Shown: one piece after another, positions 1 to 8,871 of the stretch
Layout: the number at the start of each line of letters is the position of its first letter
Position numbering within the stretch: position 1 is the stretch's first letter
DNA from: Cellvibrionales bacterium
GTDB taxonomy: Bacteria > Pseudomonadota > Gammaproteobacteria > Pseudomonadales > JAHEGP01
Assembly (NCBI GenBank): GCA_024645065.1
Contig: JAHEGP010000002.1
Coordinates: 1 to 42,115, forward strand
DNA: 42,115 bases
Direction of reading: 5' to 3'
Notes under the pieces: generated by a model
The model's database searches: none
Told to the model about the DNA's origin: nothing
The model's input: only the letters and a program-made list of their open reading frames with translations
Program-made: the position numbers and the translations under genes

Positions 1-299
1 AAGAGGTAGACCGCACCGTCAGCCATATGAAAGATGAGGCTGCCAATTTTCCCGATCCCGCTGACCGCGCCACCCAGGAAGAGGAGTTCAGCCTTGAACT
101 CAGGACCCGCGATCGCGAGCGCAAGCTGATCAAGAAGATTGAGTCCACCCTCGAACTGATAGACCAGGACGAGTATGGGTACTGCAATTCCTGCGGCGTT
201 GAAATCGGCATCAAACGACTTGAGGCACGCCCTACTGCCAACCTGTGTATAGACTGCAAAACCCTCGACGAAATACGAGAGAAGCAACAGCGCGGATAG
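1..299 (+). CDS. dksA: RNA polymerase-binding transcription factor DksA, C-terminal part (5' end lies upstream of the window)
   Basis: The frame is open from base 3 ([47 protein letters not shown]...). It has the C4 zinc finger CNSCG...CIDC and closely parallels the E. coli DksA C-terminus. gluQ follows, as in many gammaproteobacteria. Confidence 0.93.
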   Translation, partial: EVDRTVSHMKDEAANFPDPADRATQEEEFSLELRTRDRERKLIKKIESTLELIDQDEYGYCNSCGVEIGIKRLEARPTANLCIDCKTLDEIREKQQRG

Positions 300-387
300 G
301 ACACGGGCGATGCCCGGATAAGCGGCCTTGTCTGCCACAGGGCAGTGGCGCTAGCGGCAGCCTGACCACTGTGGCACACCAGACGCC

Positions 388-1263
388 ATGCAACCCTACA
401 TAGGTCGATTCGCACCCTCTCCCTCAGGCCCCCTCCACTTTGGTTCGCTGGTCGCGGCACTTGCGAGCTATCTGGATGCCCATGCCCACGCGGGCAAATG
501 GTTGCTGCGCATTGATGACCTTGACCCACCTCGCGTAGTTCCCGGCGCAGCGCAACAAATCATCGATGCGCTGCGCTGCCATGGCTTGCTATGGGATGGT
601 GAGATTTGCTGGCAGAGCCAGCGCAGCGCGGCCTATGCCTCGGCCCTGCAAACCCTTCGAAATCGCCGATTGCTATACTTCTGTGACTGTACCCGGGCCA
701 TGCTGGCGGACGCCGGCGGCACTTATCGAGGACGTTGCCGCGACCGCGGCCTCAAGGCTAACTCGCCAATGGCCTGTCGAGTGCGACTCGATGGGCACAC
801 CATACGCTTTACAGATTTGTTCCAGGGCCCGCAGTCAAGTTGTCCACTTCAGGAATCCGGAGATTTTGTGGTGCAGCGAAAAGACCGTCTTTACGCCTAC
901 CAACTGGCCGTTGTGGTGGACGATGCAAGCAGCGGGGTTACCCATGTGATCCGGGGAGCCGACCTGCTTGACTCCTGCGGCCGCCAGATTTACTTGCAGC
1001 AACTGTTGGGCTTCGACACACCGGTTTATGGTCATGTACCGGTAGCGAGTACAGTTTACGGCCAAAAGTTAAGCAAGCAGAACCTTTCGCCTGAGATCGA
1101 ACGCCATGCCGCCCTGGATAACCTATTGGCAGCACTGCGGTTTTTGGGGCAAACACTGCCCGCGCAACCGCAATCCAACAGCGCCGAACTGCTGCACTGG
1201 GCAGTCAGGAACTGGCGTCGTGATCAGGTCCCGCACAGCATGGCACAAGTGTATGAAAGCTAA
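388..1263 (+). CDS. gluQ: Glutamyl-Q tRNA(Asp) synthetase (truncated GluRS paralog)
   Basis: 291 aa. The N-terminus GRFAPSPSGPLHFGSLVAAL is a class I HIGH-like motif, and VVDD...THVIRGADLL is also present. The ~290-aa size and position right after dksA are typical of gluQ/yadB. Confidence 0.9.
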   Translation: MQPYIGRFAPSPSGPLHFGSLVAALASYLDAHAHAGKWLLRIDDLDPPRVVPGAAQQIIDALRCHGLLWDGEICWQSQRSAAYASALQTLRNRRLLYFCDCTRAMLADAGGTYRGRCRDRGLKANSPMACRVRLDGHTIRFTDLFQGPQSSCPLQESGDFVVQRKDRLYAYQLAVVVDDASSGVTHVIRGADLLDSCGRQIYLQQLLGFDTPVYGHVPVASTVYGQKLSKQNLSPEIERHAALDNLLAALRFLGQTLPAQPQSNSAELLHWAVRNWRRDQVPHSMAQVYES

Positions 1264-1492
1264 AGCTGGCACCACCGATCGGACTATCCACCGGCTGATG
1301 CAGCGCCCATAGCCACCGTCCCTCGGCATATGCTGGAGATACCGGTTAGCAACATCAACAGCGAGCGCCGGGAGGGAGCCCTGTTTGCAGCCCCCGTCCC
1401 CCTTGGTTACTATCGCGGCACATCTTTTCATGGCGAGCCTGGACACCCTGTCGGTCCGGCACCAACACCTTAACCTGCTGCGGGATTATCCA

Positions 1493-1663
1493 ATGCTGGC
1501 GCAACGTTCTTTGCTGCTGATAATTTTCGTACTGTTTTTTTTCGAACCCCTGGCCAAGGAATGGACCGCAAGCGGCGCCTGGTACCGTCCCTACGGTGCC
1601 TGGCTGGCCATAGTGGTTACGGCTTTTATCACTCAATACTGGGTTCGCAGACGTGGGTCTTGA
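1493..1663 (+). CDS. Small two-helix membrane protein overlapping the cbrA start (cbrX-like). The start is uncertain: ATG at 1385, 1430 or 1493.
   Basis: ORF 1385..1663. The last 56 aa (MLAQRSLLLIIFVLFFFEPLAKEWTASGAWYRPYGAWLAIVVTAFITQYWVRRRGS) form two hydrophobic segments. Its stop TGA at 1661-1663 lies 11 nt inside the cbrA ORF, which starts with GTG at 1653. Confidence 0.4.
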   Translation: MLAQRSLLLIIFVLFFFEPLAKEWTASGAWYRPYGAWLAIVVTAFITQYWVRRRGS

Positions 1664-4628
1664 TGCCGGCGATATCTTTGTCATCGGGCTGGTTTACGTA
1701 CTGGCCCTGTTTGCTATCGCCTACGGCACCAACCACGGCTGGATATCTCATCGCCTGGTGCGACACCCCCTGGTCTATGTCATGTCCCTGGGGGTCTTTG
1801 CCAGCGCTCTGGCCTTCTACGGCGTAGTCGGCCTGGCCCACGATTACGGCTACGATTTTCTCAATTATTACCTGGGCATAGCCGGCTTCTTTCTGCTGGG
1901 CCCCCTCATCCTGATGCCTCTCCAACGGATATGTCGCGCCAATCAACTGGCATCGCTCGCCGACCTGCTGACCTTTCGCTATCGGTCGCAATGGGCCGGA
2001 GCGCTGGTATCGGTATTTCTTACGGTCAGTGTACTGCCGCTGTTGGCGTTGCAGATCAAAGCAGTAACCGACACGGTGCAAATCCTCACCAGCCCCGACA
2101 GCCAGCTGACGGGCGGCACCTTACCGCAAATGGGCGTCGCGCTGGTTTTTTGCGCAATCATCTCGCTTTTCACCATGTTGTATGGCGCGGGAGAAGCCAC
2201 TGCGGGGCGGCGCCACAATGGGCTTGTTCTGGCTATCGCCTTCGAAACCCTGGTCAAGACCATGACCCTGGCGATTATCGGCTGCGCAGCGCTATTCGGG
2301 ATTTTTGGCGGGATAGATGGGCTCGATCGCTGGCTGAGCGCCAATCCGGAAGCTATGCAACAGCTTAACAATCGAAACTCCGATGACATGGGGCGGGTAC
2401 TGATGCTGATTTCGTTCGCCGCAGCAGTGGGCATGCCACATATGTTCCATATGGCGTTCTCCGAAAACCCGTCACAGCAATCGCTGCGAGCTTCGGTGTG
2501 GGGCGTGCCGCTGTTGATGCTGGTTATGAGTATCCCCGTGTTGCCAATTCTCTGGGGTGCAATAGCACAGGGCGCCGACCTGCCTCCTGAATACTATACC
2601 CTGGGTATCGGCATCAGCCTGGACTCACCGCTGCTGTGTGCAATTACGTTCGTCGGCGGGCTGTCCGCCGCAAGTGGCATTATTATCGTATCGACCCTGG
2701 CACTGGCGTCGATGTGCCTCAACCATCTTATCCTGCCTTTTTACCAGCCCGGTACCAACACTGACATCTATCGCTGGATAGTGCGGATAAAGCGGTCTCT
2801 GATAGCCACAATAATCCTCGCGGGATTGTTGTTTTATAGCACTTTCAGGCAGCAGGGTAATCTGTCCGCACTGGGCATTTCGGGATTCTCAGCAGCACTG
2901 CAATTCCTGCCGGGAACCGTGGCGCTACTGTATGCGCCCGGGGTTAATCGCAAAGGCTTTATTGCCGGGCTGGCGAGCGGAATGCTTGCCTGGCTGCTCA
3001 CTCTGTTTTTGCCGGCGCTCAGCACAACTGAGCCCGTAATGATGAACCTGGTATCGGGTTTCGGCCAGCCCGAAGACGACTGGCCCGGTATGATTTTATT
3101 GTGCTTCAGCGTAAATATTATCGTCATGGTGTTGGTATCTTCCATCACCAGCCCCACCGACGATGAAAAAGCCGCGGCCGAATTATGCTCCGTCGATAAG
3201 CTCGCCCGCCCCCAACGCCAAAGCCTGGCTTTCGGTTCTGCCCGGGCAATTCGCCAGGCCCTGGCCACAGCGCTTGGAAAAAACGTAGCGCAAAGGGAAG
3301 TCGACAAGGCGATGCAGGCACTGCAACTGGAAGAAAACGAATCGCGCCCCTACGCCCTGCGTCGACTGCGCAACCAGATCGAAGCCAACCTTTCCGGATT
3401 GTTCGGGGCCACCGTCGCCCACGATACGGTCAATCGGTTGCTCCCTTATAATGCTGACAACCGCCTTGTAACGACCGAAGATATTCATCTTGTAGAAACG
3501 CGGCTGGAGCTGGAACAACAGCAACTCACGGGCATGGCTGCGGGACTGGACGGTTTGCGGCGCTTTTATCGCCAGACTTTACTCGATCTACCCATGGGGG
3601 CTTGTATTCTGGGTCAGGACCATGAAATTGTACTCTGGAACGGTGCACTCCAGCGACTGAGCGGCATTCATGCCGACTATGTAACCGGAGCACTTGCTGA
3701 CAACTTGCCGCCACCCTGGGGCGATCTGCTGCTGGATTTTGCGGCCCGGGAGGGCAGCAGCCAGCAAAAACGCGAGCTGCTGATCGATAATGCACGACGC
3801 CTGGTGAACCTGCAGAAGACCTATTCCGGCCCCAACCCTACCCACAGCGGCGATACCATTATCCTTGTGGAAGACGTCACCGAAGCGCAACTTCTCGAGG
3901 ATGAATTGATCCATAGTGAGCGGCTAAAATCCCTGGGCAGGGTCGCTGCAGGGGTGGCACACGAAATTGGCAACCCGGTGACCGGAATTGCCTGCCTGGC
4001 GCAAAACCTGCGCGCCGAGAGTGATGATCCCGAACTACTGGAGATCGCGGACGACATCCTGACCCAAACCGAACGCATCAACGCAATCGTCCAAACCCTG
4101 GTCAATTTTACCCATGGTGGCAAGCACACAGAAATCCAGGCCAGGGACAATATCTGCCTTTACGACTGCGTCAGCGAGGCCATCAACCTTCTTCTGCTCG
4201 ACAAAGAGTCAATGCCTGTTCGCTATGTCAACAAGTGCGATGGGCAATATCAAGTGGTTGGCAATCAACAGCGACTGACCCAGGTATTCCTTAACCTGCT
4301 AAGCAACGCCCGGGATGCCTGCTCACCCAACCAGCAAATCGTAATCACCAATTGGCTGGTAAATCCGGGTACCGTTGCGGTGGCGGTGACCGACCCGGGC
4401 AGCGGCATTGACCCGGTCCAACTGGAGCACATTTGGGAGCCGTTTTTTACCACCAAGGAACCCGGACAGGGAACCGGCCTGGGATTGGCGCTGGTGTACA
4501 GTATTGTCGAGGCCCATGAAGGCAGGATGCGAGTAGAAAGCCCGCCAGCGGGTGCGGACAAAGGTACGCGATTCATCATAGAGCTCCCGCGCAGCGGCCA
4601 AAACAATTCCGTAGACTGGTCAATATGA
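1653..4628 (+). CDS. cbrA: CbrA-type sensor histidine kinase: N-terminal sodium/solute-symporter-like multi-TM domain, then PAS, HisKA and HATPase
   Basis: 991 aa. About 500 aa of repeated hydrophobic helices come first. Then there is a PAS-like region, the H-box AAGVAHEIGNPVTGI, and N/G boxes (LLSNARDA, DPGSGI, GTGLGLA). The context gluQ-cbrA-cbrB-pcnB matches Pseudomonas. Confidence 0.82.
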   Translation: MGLDAGDIFVIGLVYVLALFAIAYGTNHGWISHRLVRHPLVYVMSLGVFASALAFYGVVGLAHDYGYDFLNYYLGIAGFFLLGPLILMPLQRICRANQLASLADLLTFRYRSQWAGALVSVFLTVSVLPLLALQIKAVTDTVQILTSPDSQLTGGTLPQMGVALVFCAIISLFTMLYGAGEATAGRRHNGLVLAIAFETLVKTMTLAIIGCAALFGIFGGIDGLDRWLSANPEAMQQLNNRNSDDMGRVLMLISFAAAVGMPHMFHMAFSENPSQQSLRASVWGVPLLMLVMSIPVLPILWGAIAQGADLPPEYYTLGIGISLDSPLLCAITFVGGLSAASGIIIVSTLALASMCLNHLILPFYQPGTNTDIYRWIVRIKRSLIATIILAGLLFYSTFRQQGNLSALGISGFSAALQFLPGTVALLYAPGVNRKGFIAGLASGMLAWLLTLFLPALSTTEPVMMNLVSGFGQPEDDWPGMILLCFSVNIIVMVLVSSITSPTDDEKAAAELCSVDKLARPQRQSLAFGSARAIRQALATALGKNVAQREVDKAMQALQLEENESRPYALRRLRNQIEANLSGLFGATVAHDTVNRLLPYNADNRLVTTEDIHLVETRLELEQQQLTGMAAGLDGLRRFYRQTLLDLPMGACILGQDHEIVLWNGALQRLSGIHADYVTGALADNLPPPWGDLLLDFAAREGSSQQKRELLIDNARRLVNLQKTYSGPNPTHSGDTIILVEDVTEAQLLEDELIHSERLKSLGRVAAGVAHEIGNPVTGIACLAQNLRAESDDPELLEIADDILTQTERINAIVQTLVNFTHGGKHTEIQARDNICLYDCVSEAINLLLLDKESMPVRYVNKCDGQYQVVGNQQRLTQVFLNLLSNARDACSPNQQIVITNWLVNPGTVAVAVTDPGSGIDPVQLEHIWEPFFTTKEPGQGTGLGLALVYSIVEAHEGRMRVESPPAGADKGTRFIIELPRSGQNNSVDWSI

Positions 4629-4726
4629 GCATTGGCAACCGCTCGTATTCCGGTTATGGTTATTTATGCGGGTCCTCGAAAGGGGCCTGACGTCGTCCAG
4701 CCAGCAATGATTATTACAGGAGTGCT

Positions 4727-6142
4727 ATGCCGTCTATCCTAGTCGTTGATGACGAGCAGGTTATTCGTAAATCGTTACGCCGCTTACTTGAGCGCCACAG
4801 CTATTCTGTGTCTGAGGCCGGCACCGTTGCCGAGGCGCTCGCCAGTTTAGAGGACCGCTCCTTCGATCTGATCATCAGCGACCTGAGACTGCCGGGTGAG
4901 CCTGGCACTGCCCTGATAAAACCGGCGGGTGACATACCCGTTCTTATCATGACCAGCTATGCCAGCCTCCGCTCGGCTGTTGACTCAATGAAGATGGGGG
5001 CCGTCGATTACATCGCGAAACCCTATGACCACGATGACATGCTCGGTGCTATAGAAGATATTATCAGCTGTAGCAAACAGCAGCAGGCACAAAGCATAGG
5101 TCGCGGCGACGCGCCTGAAGCATTGCCGGGATTTATCGGCAATTGCAAGGATATGCAAAAGCTGTATCAACAGATAGGCAAGTTCGCCCCAACCAATACC
5201 ACCACCCTGATCCATGGTGAAACCGGCACCGGCAAGGAACTGGTCGCGCGGGCACTGCACTCCCATAGCCACAGAGCTGACAAGCCACTGATATCCGTCA
5301 ATTGTGCCGCAATCCCTGAAACGCTGATCGAATCAGAGTTATTCGGCTACGAAAAAGGCGCATTTACAGGAGCCGCCAGCAACCGCATGGGGCTCATTGA
5401 GGCAGCAAATGGCGGCACCCTGTTTCTGGATGAGATCGGAGAGTTACCGATAGAGGCCCAGGCGCGCCTGCTGCGATTCCTGCAAGAGGGAGAAATTCGC
5501 GCCATCGGCTCGGTCCAGACCCGCAAGGTGGATGTCCGCCTGATTGCAGCGACGCATCGCGACCTCAAGCGACTATCCCGCGAGGGTCAGTTTCGGGAAG
5601 ACCTCTACTACCGCATCAATGTCATGCAACTCAACCTGCCGCCATTGCGTGATCGCGGCAAGGACATTCTTGAAATAGCCGAGGCCTGCCTCGCTCGCAG
5701 CTGCAAACAGCTCGACTGCAGACAGCTGCACTTTTCCGCCAAAGCGATACAGGCGATTACTACCTATCGCTGGCCTGGCAACGTCCGTGAATTACAGAAC
5801 GCTGTGGAGCGCGCTGTGATACTTTGCGACGGTGATGAGATCGACTACGACCTGCTCAGTATCGACCTTGAGCTGGTGCGCGTAGGTTCACAATCCGGAT
5901 CTGTGCGACGCGGGGTCGAGCCACTGCACAGCGTCAGGAGAACCGATGATGAGCCTGACGAAGACCTCTCGCTGGAAGACTATTTCCAGCGATTTGTGCT
6001 GGAACACCAGGACAGCATGAGCGAAACGGAGCTGGCTCGCAAACTGGGTGTCAGCCGAAAATGCCTGTGGGAACGACGTCAGCGTCTGGGCATACCGAGA
6101 AAGAAAAGTCTCAAAAATTCTTCACGAACCGGTAATGCCTGA
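4727..6142 (+). CDS. cbrB: Sigma54-dependent response regulator (NtrC family), CbrB-like
   Basis: 471 aa. The receiver domain reads ILVVDDE...DLIISDLRLPG. The AAA+ domain has Walker A GETGTGKE and the sigma54-contact motif ESELFGYEKGAFTGA. A C-terminal Fis-type HTH is present (ETELARKLGVSRKCLWERR). Confidence 0.85.
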   Translation: MPSILVVDDEQVIRKSLRRLLERHSYSVSEAGTVAEALASLEDRSFDLIISDLRLPGEPGTALIKPAGDIPVLIMTSYASLRSAVDSMKMGAVDYIAKPYDHDDMLGAIEDIISCSKQQQAQSIGRGDAPEALPGFIGNCKDMQKLYQQIGKFAPTNTTTLIHGETGTGKELVARALHSHSHRADKPLISVNCAAIPETLIESELFGYEKGAFTGAASNRMGLIEAANGGTLFLDEIGELPIEAQARLLRFLQEGEIRAIGSVQTRKVDVRLIAATHRDLKRLSREGQFREDLYYRINVMQLNLPPLRDRGKDILEIAEACLARSCKQLDCRQLHFSAKAIQAITTYRWPGNVRELQNAVERAVILCDGDEIDYDLLSIDLELVRVGSQSGSVRRGVEPLHSVRRTDDEPDEDLSLEDYFQRFVLEHQDSMSETELARKLGVSRKCLWERRQRLGIPRKKSLKNSSRTGNA

Positions 6143-6193
6143 GACCGTGGCAGAAGGCCGGCGCAAAAAGCCGAAGGCGAAGAAAACACAAAG

Positions 6194-6242
6194 TGTTACC
6201 TTCGCCGGCAACAAGTAACATGAGCCGTCCTCATTGGTAACA
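6194..6242. promoter_or_regulatory. Putative CbrB upstream activating sequence: TGTTAC-N15-GTAACA palindrome plus a third GTAACA hexamer
   Basis: TGTTAC lies at 6194-6199, GTAACA at 6215-6220 and GTAACA at 6237-6242. The palindrome centre is about 120 bp upstream of the sigma54 -12 element. The half-sites match the palindrome reported for Pseudomonas CbrB. Confidence 0.5.
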
Positions 6243-6283
6243 AAAAACCTGCTCAAAACGCGTAGCACTTAACGGAAAATTTG

Positions 6284-6296
6284 CAAGTCATTGATT
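6284..6296 (-). promoter_or_regulatory. IHF-site-like sequence between the UAS and the sigma54 promoter
   Basis: The minus strand reads AATCAATGACTTG, which fits WATCAANNNNTTR. It sits in an AT-rich stretch between the enhancer and the promoter. Confidence 0.35.
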
Positions 6297-6315
6297 TATA
6301 TATTTATTTCAAAAC

Positions 6316-6331
6316 TGGCACAAAAAGTGCT
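6316..6331 (+). promoter_or_regulatory. Sigma54 (-24/-12) promoter
   Basis: TGGCACaaaaaGTGCT. GG at 6317-6318 and GC at 6329-6330 are exactly 12 nt apart, as in the consensus TGGCAC-N5-TTGCW. Confidence 0.65.
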
Positions 6332-6341
6332 TTACTTTACC

Positions 6342-6437
6342 GTAGAATAATAACGATAAATAACAATAAGAAAGCAAATAATAATAACAACAGTAAGACG
6401 AGACCTGGATGGGGAGAGAAATCTCCCTGTCTTTACT
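6342..6437 (+). ncRNA. CrcZ-like A-rich (Hfq/Crc-titrating) small RNA. The ends are predicted and the 3' end could instead be the T-run near 6468.
   Basis: It starts about 11 nt after the sigma54 -12 element. Bases 6346-6393 are almost pure AAN triplets with at least 7 overlapping AAnAAnAA motifs. A GGGAGA-GAAA-TCTCCC hairpin lies at 6412-6427, followed by TGTCTTT. The cbrB-pcnB gap is where crcZ lies in Pseudomonas. Confidence 0.55.
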
Positions 6438-6655
6438 TGTTGGACCTCAGACTCAAGACCCGCTTTTTCATTCTGAGAAAATCACGCAACCCGGCTTCGG
6501 CATAGGCGACCCGTCGGCGCTGTGATAGACTCCCCCGCAATCTGATCAGGCGCGTCTGAAGCTGACCCGCTGCCGCGCCGATGGACCCGATCCGGGACTA
6601 TCAGCACCTGGTACCAATTTTGACCTAACACAAGGGCAGGCATGCTAAACATATT

Positions 6656-8008
6656 GTGCCATCAGCACCGAACCCGACTTTTACCACCGTCGAAAGCAGA
6701 TTTTCTTTGCCGATGACAGTGCACCAATCCATCGACCCCGACAGAATCAGCCCCAATGCGCTAAAGGTCATCCAGCGCCTCGAAGGGGAAGGTTTTGAAG
6801 CTTACCTGGTGGGGGGTGGCGTTCGCGATCTGCTGCTGGGGAACTCGCCCAAGGATTTCGACGTATCTACCGACGCCCGCCCCGAGGAAATTCGCCAATT
6901 GTTTCGCAATTCCCGCATCATCGGAAGACGCTTCCGGATTGTCCACGTCCTGTTCGGCCGCGAAGTCATTGAAGTGACAACGTTTCGCGGGCATCACCCG
7001 GAGAACACGACATCTGACCCCAACAAGCATGCGCGAATGTCTGACTCCGGCCGCTTGCTGCGGGACAATATCTACGGTTCGCTGGAGGAGGATGCGTTGC
7101 GACGCGATTTTACTGTCAATGCTCTGTATTACAGCCCTTCCAGCGACCGCATTCTTGATTACTGCCAGGGACTCAAGGACCTGGACAATCGAACATTGCG
7201 ACTGATTGGTGAGCCCACCACCCGTTATCGGGAGGACCCGGTGAGAATGCTGAGGGCGGTGCGGTTTTCCGCTAAACTTGATTTTTCGATGAGCCCCGAC
7301 GTGGAGCTGCCCTTCAATGAACTGGCGCCGCTGCTGCACGATATTCCCGCGGCACGTATGTTTGATGAGGTGTTGAAGCTATTTATGTCGGGCTCGGCAT
7401 TGGCTACCTATCGCGAATTACAGCGCCACCAGCTGTTCGGTTTTCTGTTCCCCGCGAGCCAACGCATCCTGCGACATGAAGACCCGGTATCACATCACTT
7501 TATCGAAGCAATGCTGCGCAACACCGACCTGCGCGTGAGGCAGAACAAACCGGTTACGCCGGCTTTTCTCTATGGCTCAATCCTTTGGCCGGCGGTGCGA
7601 CAACAAACCGAGGCCCTACTGAAGCAGGGCGAGCCGCCCGTTCCGGCGCGCCAGCAAGCGGGTATCGCAACTATCGAGCACCAGCTGCAATATACATCGA
7701 TCCCCCGCCGATTCAGCACACCCATGCGGGAGATCTGGGAGCTCCAGGCTCGCCTGGAAAACCCGCGTGGAGCCGAACAGATGCTCCTCCTGCCAAGATT
7801 CAGGGCCGCTTACGACTTCCTGTTATTGCGGGAGGAGGCGGGCGAGGACACCGGCAACATGGGGGCCTGGTGGACCCAGTACCAGGATGCGGACGAAGAG
7901 CAACGCAGATCGCTGGTTAGCGGATTAAAGCTAACCAGGCCCAACAAGCGCAAGCCGCGCCGCAAGCGCCGGACCCCGAGCCGCAAATTGTCTGACCAGG
8001 CTCCATGA
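6656..8008 (+). CDS. pcnB: Poly(A) polymerase I
   Basis: 450 aa. Motifs ISPNALKVIQRLEGEGFEAYLVGGGVRDLLLG and DFDV...RRDFTVNALYY mark the nucleotidyltransferase/CCA-adding superfamily. The C-terminal tail is basic and Arg/Lys-rich. The start (GTG 6656 or ATG 6713) is uncertain. Confidence 0.9.
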   Translation: MPSAPNPTFTTVESRFSLPMTVHQSIDPDRISPNALKVIQRLEGEGFEAYLVGGGVRDLLLGNSPKDFDVSTDARPEEIRQLFRNSRIIGRRFRIVHVLFGREVIEVTTFRGHHPENTTSDPNKHARMSDSGRLLRDNIYGSLEEDALRRDFTVNALYYSPSSDRILDYCQGLKDLDNRTLRLIGEPTTRYREDPVRMLRAVRFSAKLDFSMSPDVELPFNELAPLLHDIPAARMFDEVLKLFMSGSALATYRELQRHQLFGFLFPASQRILRHEDPVSHHFIEAMLRNTDLRVRQNKPVTPAFLYGSILWPAVRQQTEALLKQGEPPVPARQQAGIATIEHQLQYTSIPRRFSTPMREIWELQARLENPRGAEQMLLLPRFRAAYDFLLLREEAGEDTGNMGAWWTQYQDADEEQRRSLVSGLKLTRPNKRKPRRKRRTPSRKLSDQAP

Positions 8009-8066
8009 AGACCATGCCAGTGGCAACTGCGAAAACACTCGTGGCACTGAATCTGCCCGCCTCGTC

Positions 8067-8609
8067 ATGAGCGGGAGGGATTTGCGGGTTCACACCAGCT
8101 ATATCGGCCTCGGTAGCAATCTCAAGCAACCCACAAGGCAGCTCACGAGCGCCCTGCAATCCCTGGCACAGCTACCACAATGCCGCTTGCGCGCCTGGTC
8201 TTGTTTTTATCGAAGCCATGCTGTCGGACCCGGGATCCAGCCGGATTACATTAACGCCGCCGCTCAACTGGATACAGATCTGGAACCGTCACAGTTACTG
8301 GGGCAATTGCACGCCATTGAGCAACGCCAGGGCAGGCAGCGCCTGGAGCGGTGGGGACCCAGAACCCTCGACCTCGATCTATTGCTGTTTGATCAGTTAA
8401 TACTGGACACGCCCAGGCTAACGCTGCCGCACCCGAGACTGCAGCTACGCGCTTTCGTATTGCTGCCACTCGACGAAATTTGCCCGCGACTGGAACTTCC
8501 CAATGGCAGCACGGTTGCCGGGCTGCTGGCGGGCATCGATACTTCGGGCGTCGCGTTTCATTGCCGGGCACCGGGCATCGAAATTCCTGGGAATAGCAGC
8601 CAAACATGA
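8067..8609 (+). CDS. folK: 2-amino-4-hydroxy-6-hydroxymethyldihydropteridine pyrophosphokinase
   Basis: Motifs YIGLGSNL, QPDYINAA, RWGPRTLDLDLLLF and LTLPHPR match HPPK. It follows pcnB as in E. coli and Pseudomonas. Confidence 0.9.
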   Translation: MSGRDLRVHTSYIGLGSNLKQPTRQLTSALQSLAQLPQCRLRAWSCFYRSHAVGPGIQPDYINAAAQLDTDLEPSQLLGQLHAIEQRQGRQRLERWGPRTLDLDLLLFDQLILDTPRLTLPHPRLQLRAFVLLPLDEICPRLELPNGSTVAGLLAGIDTSGVAFHCRAPGIEIPGNSSQT

Positions 8610-8871
8610 GTTATCCCGGAATGAAAGCCCACAGGAAATCGCCACCCATTGCACCCGCGCTGAAGACGACTCAGGGACGGCACTACCGCCCCGGGCCTGC
8701 GACCGCTCACCAACACAAAAACCCCGGGTCGCTGTCATTATCGACCTGTGCCGCAATGACAGGCATCATTATGCACTGTCGAACACCGACTCCGGGCGAC
8801 GCGCAAAATGATGTCATGCCTGATGTTTTGTCACCAACGAATCGCTACCGGCTGATTACAAGGAGCCCAGC

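Noticed and set aside
6281-6505. A 74-aa ORF (MQVIDLYIYFKTG...NNNKKANNNNNSK...) in the cbrB-pcnB gap.
   Set aside because: The Asn/Lys run is simply the translation of the AAN-repeat tract. The ORF spans the sigma54 promoter and the hairpin. An sRNA explains the sequence better.
8733-8821. Short inverted repeats in the folK-panB spacer: TGTCATT/AATGACA at 8733-8739/8755-8761, and CATCATT/AATGATG at 8764-8770/8807-8813.
   Set aside because: These are only 7-bp arms with long loops, which is within chance expectation for a 260-bp region. No known riboswitch or leader is associated with panB.
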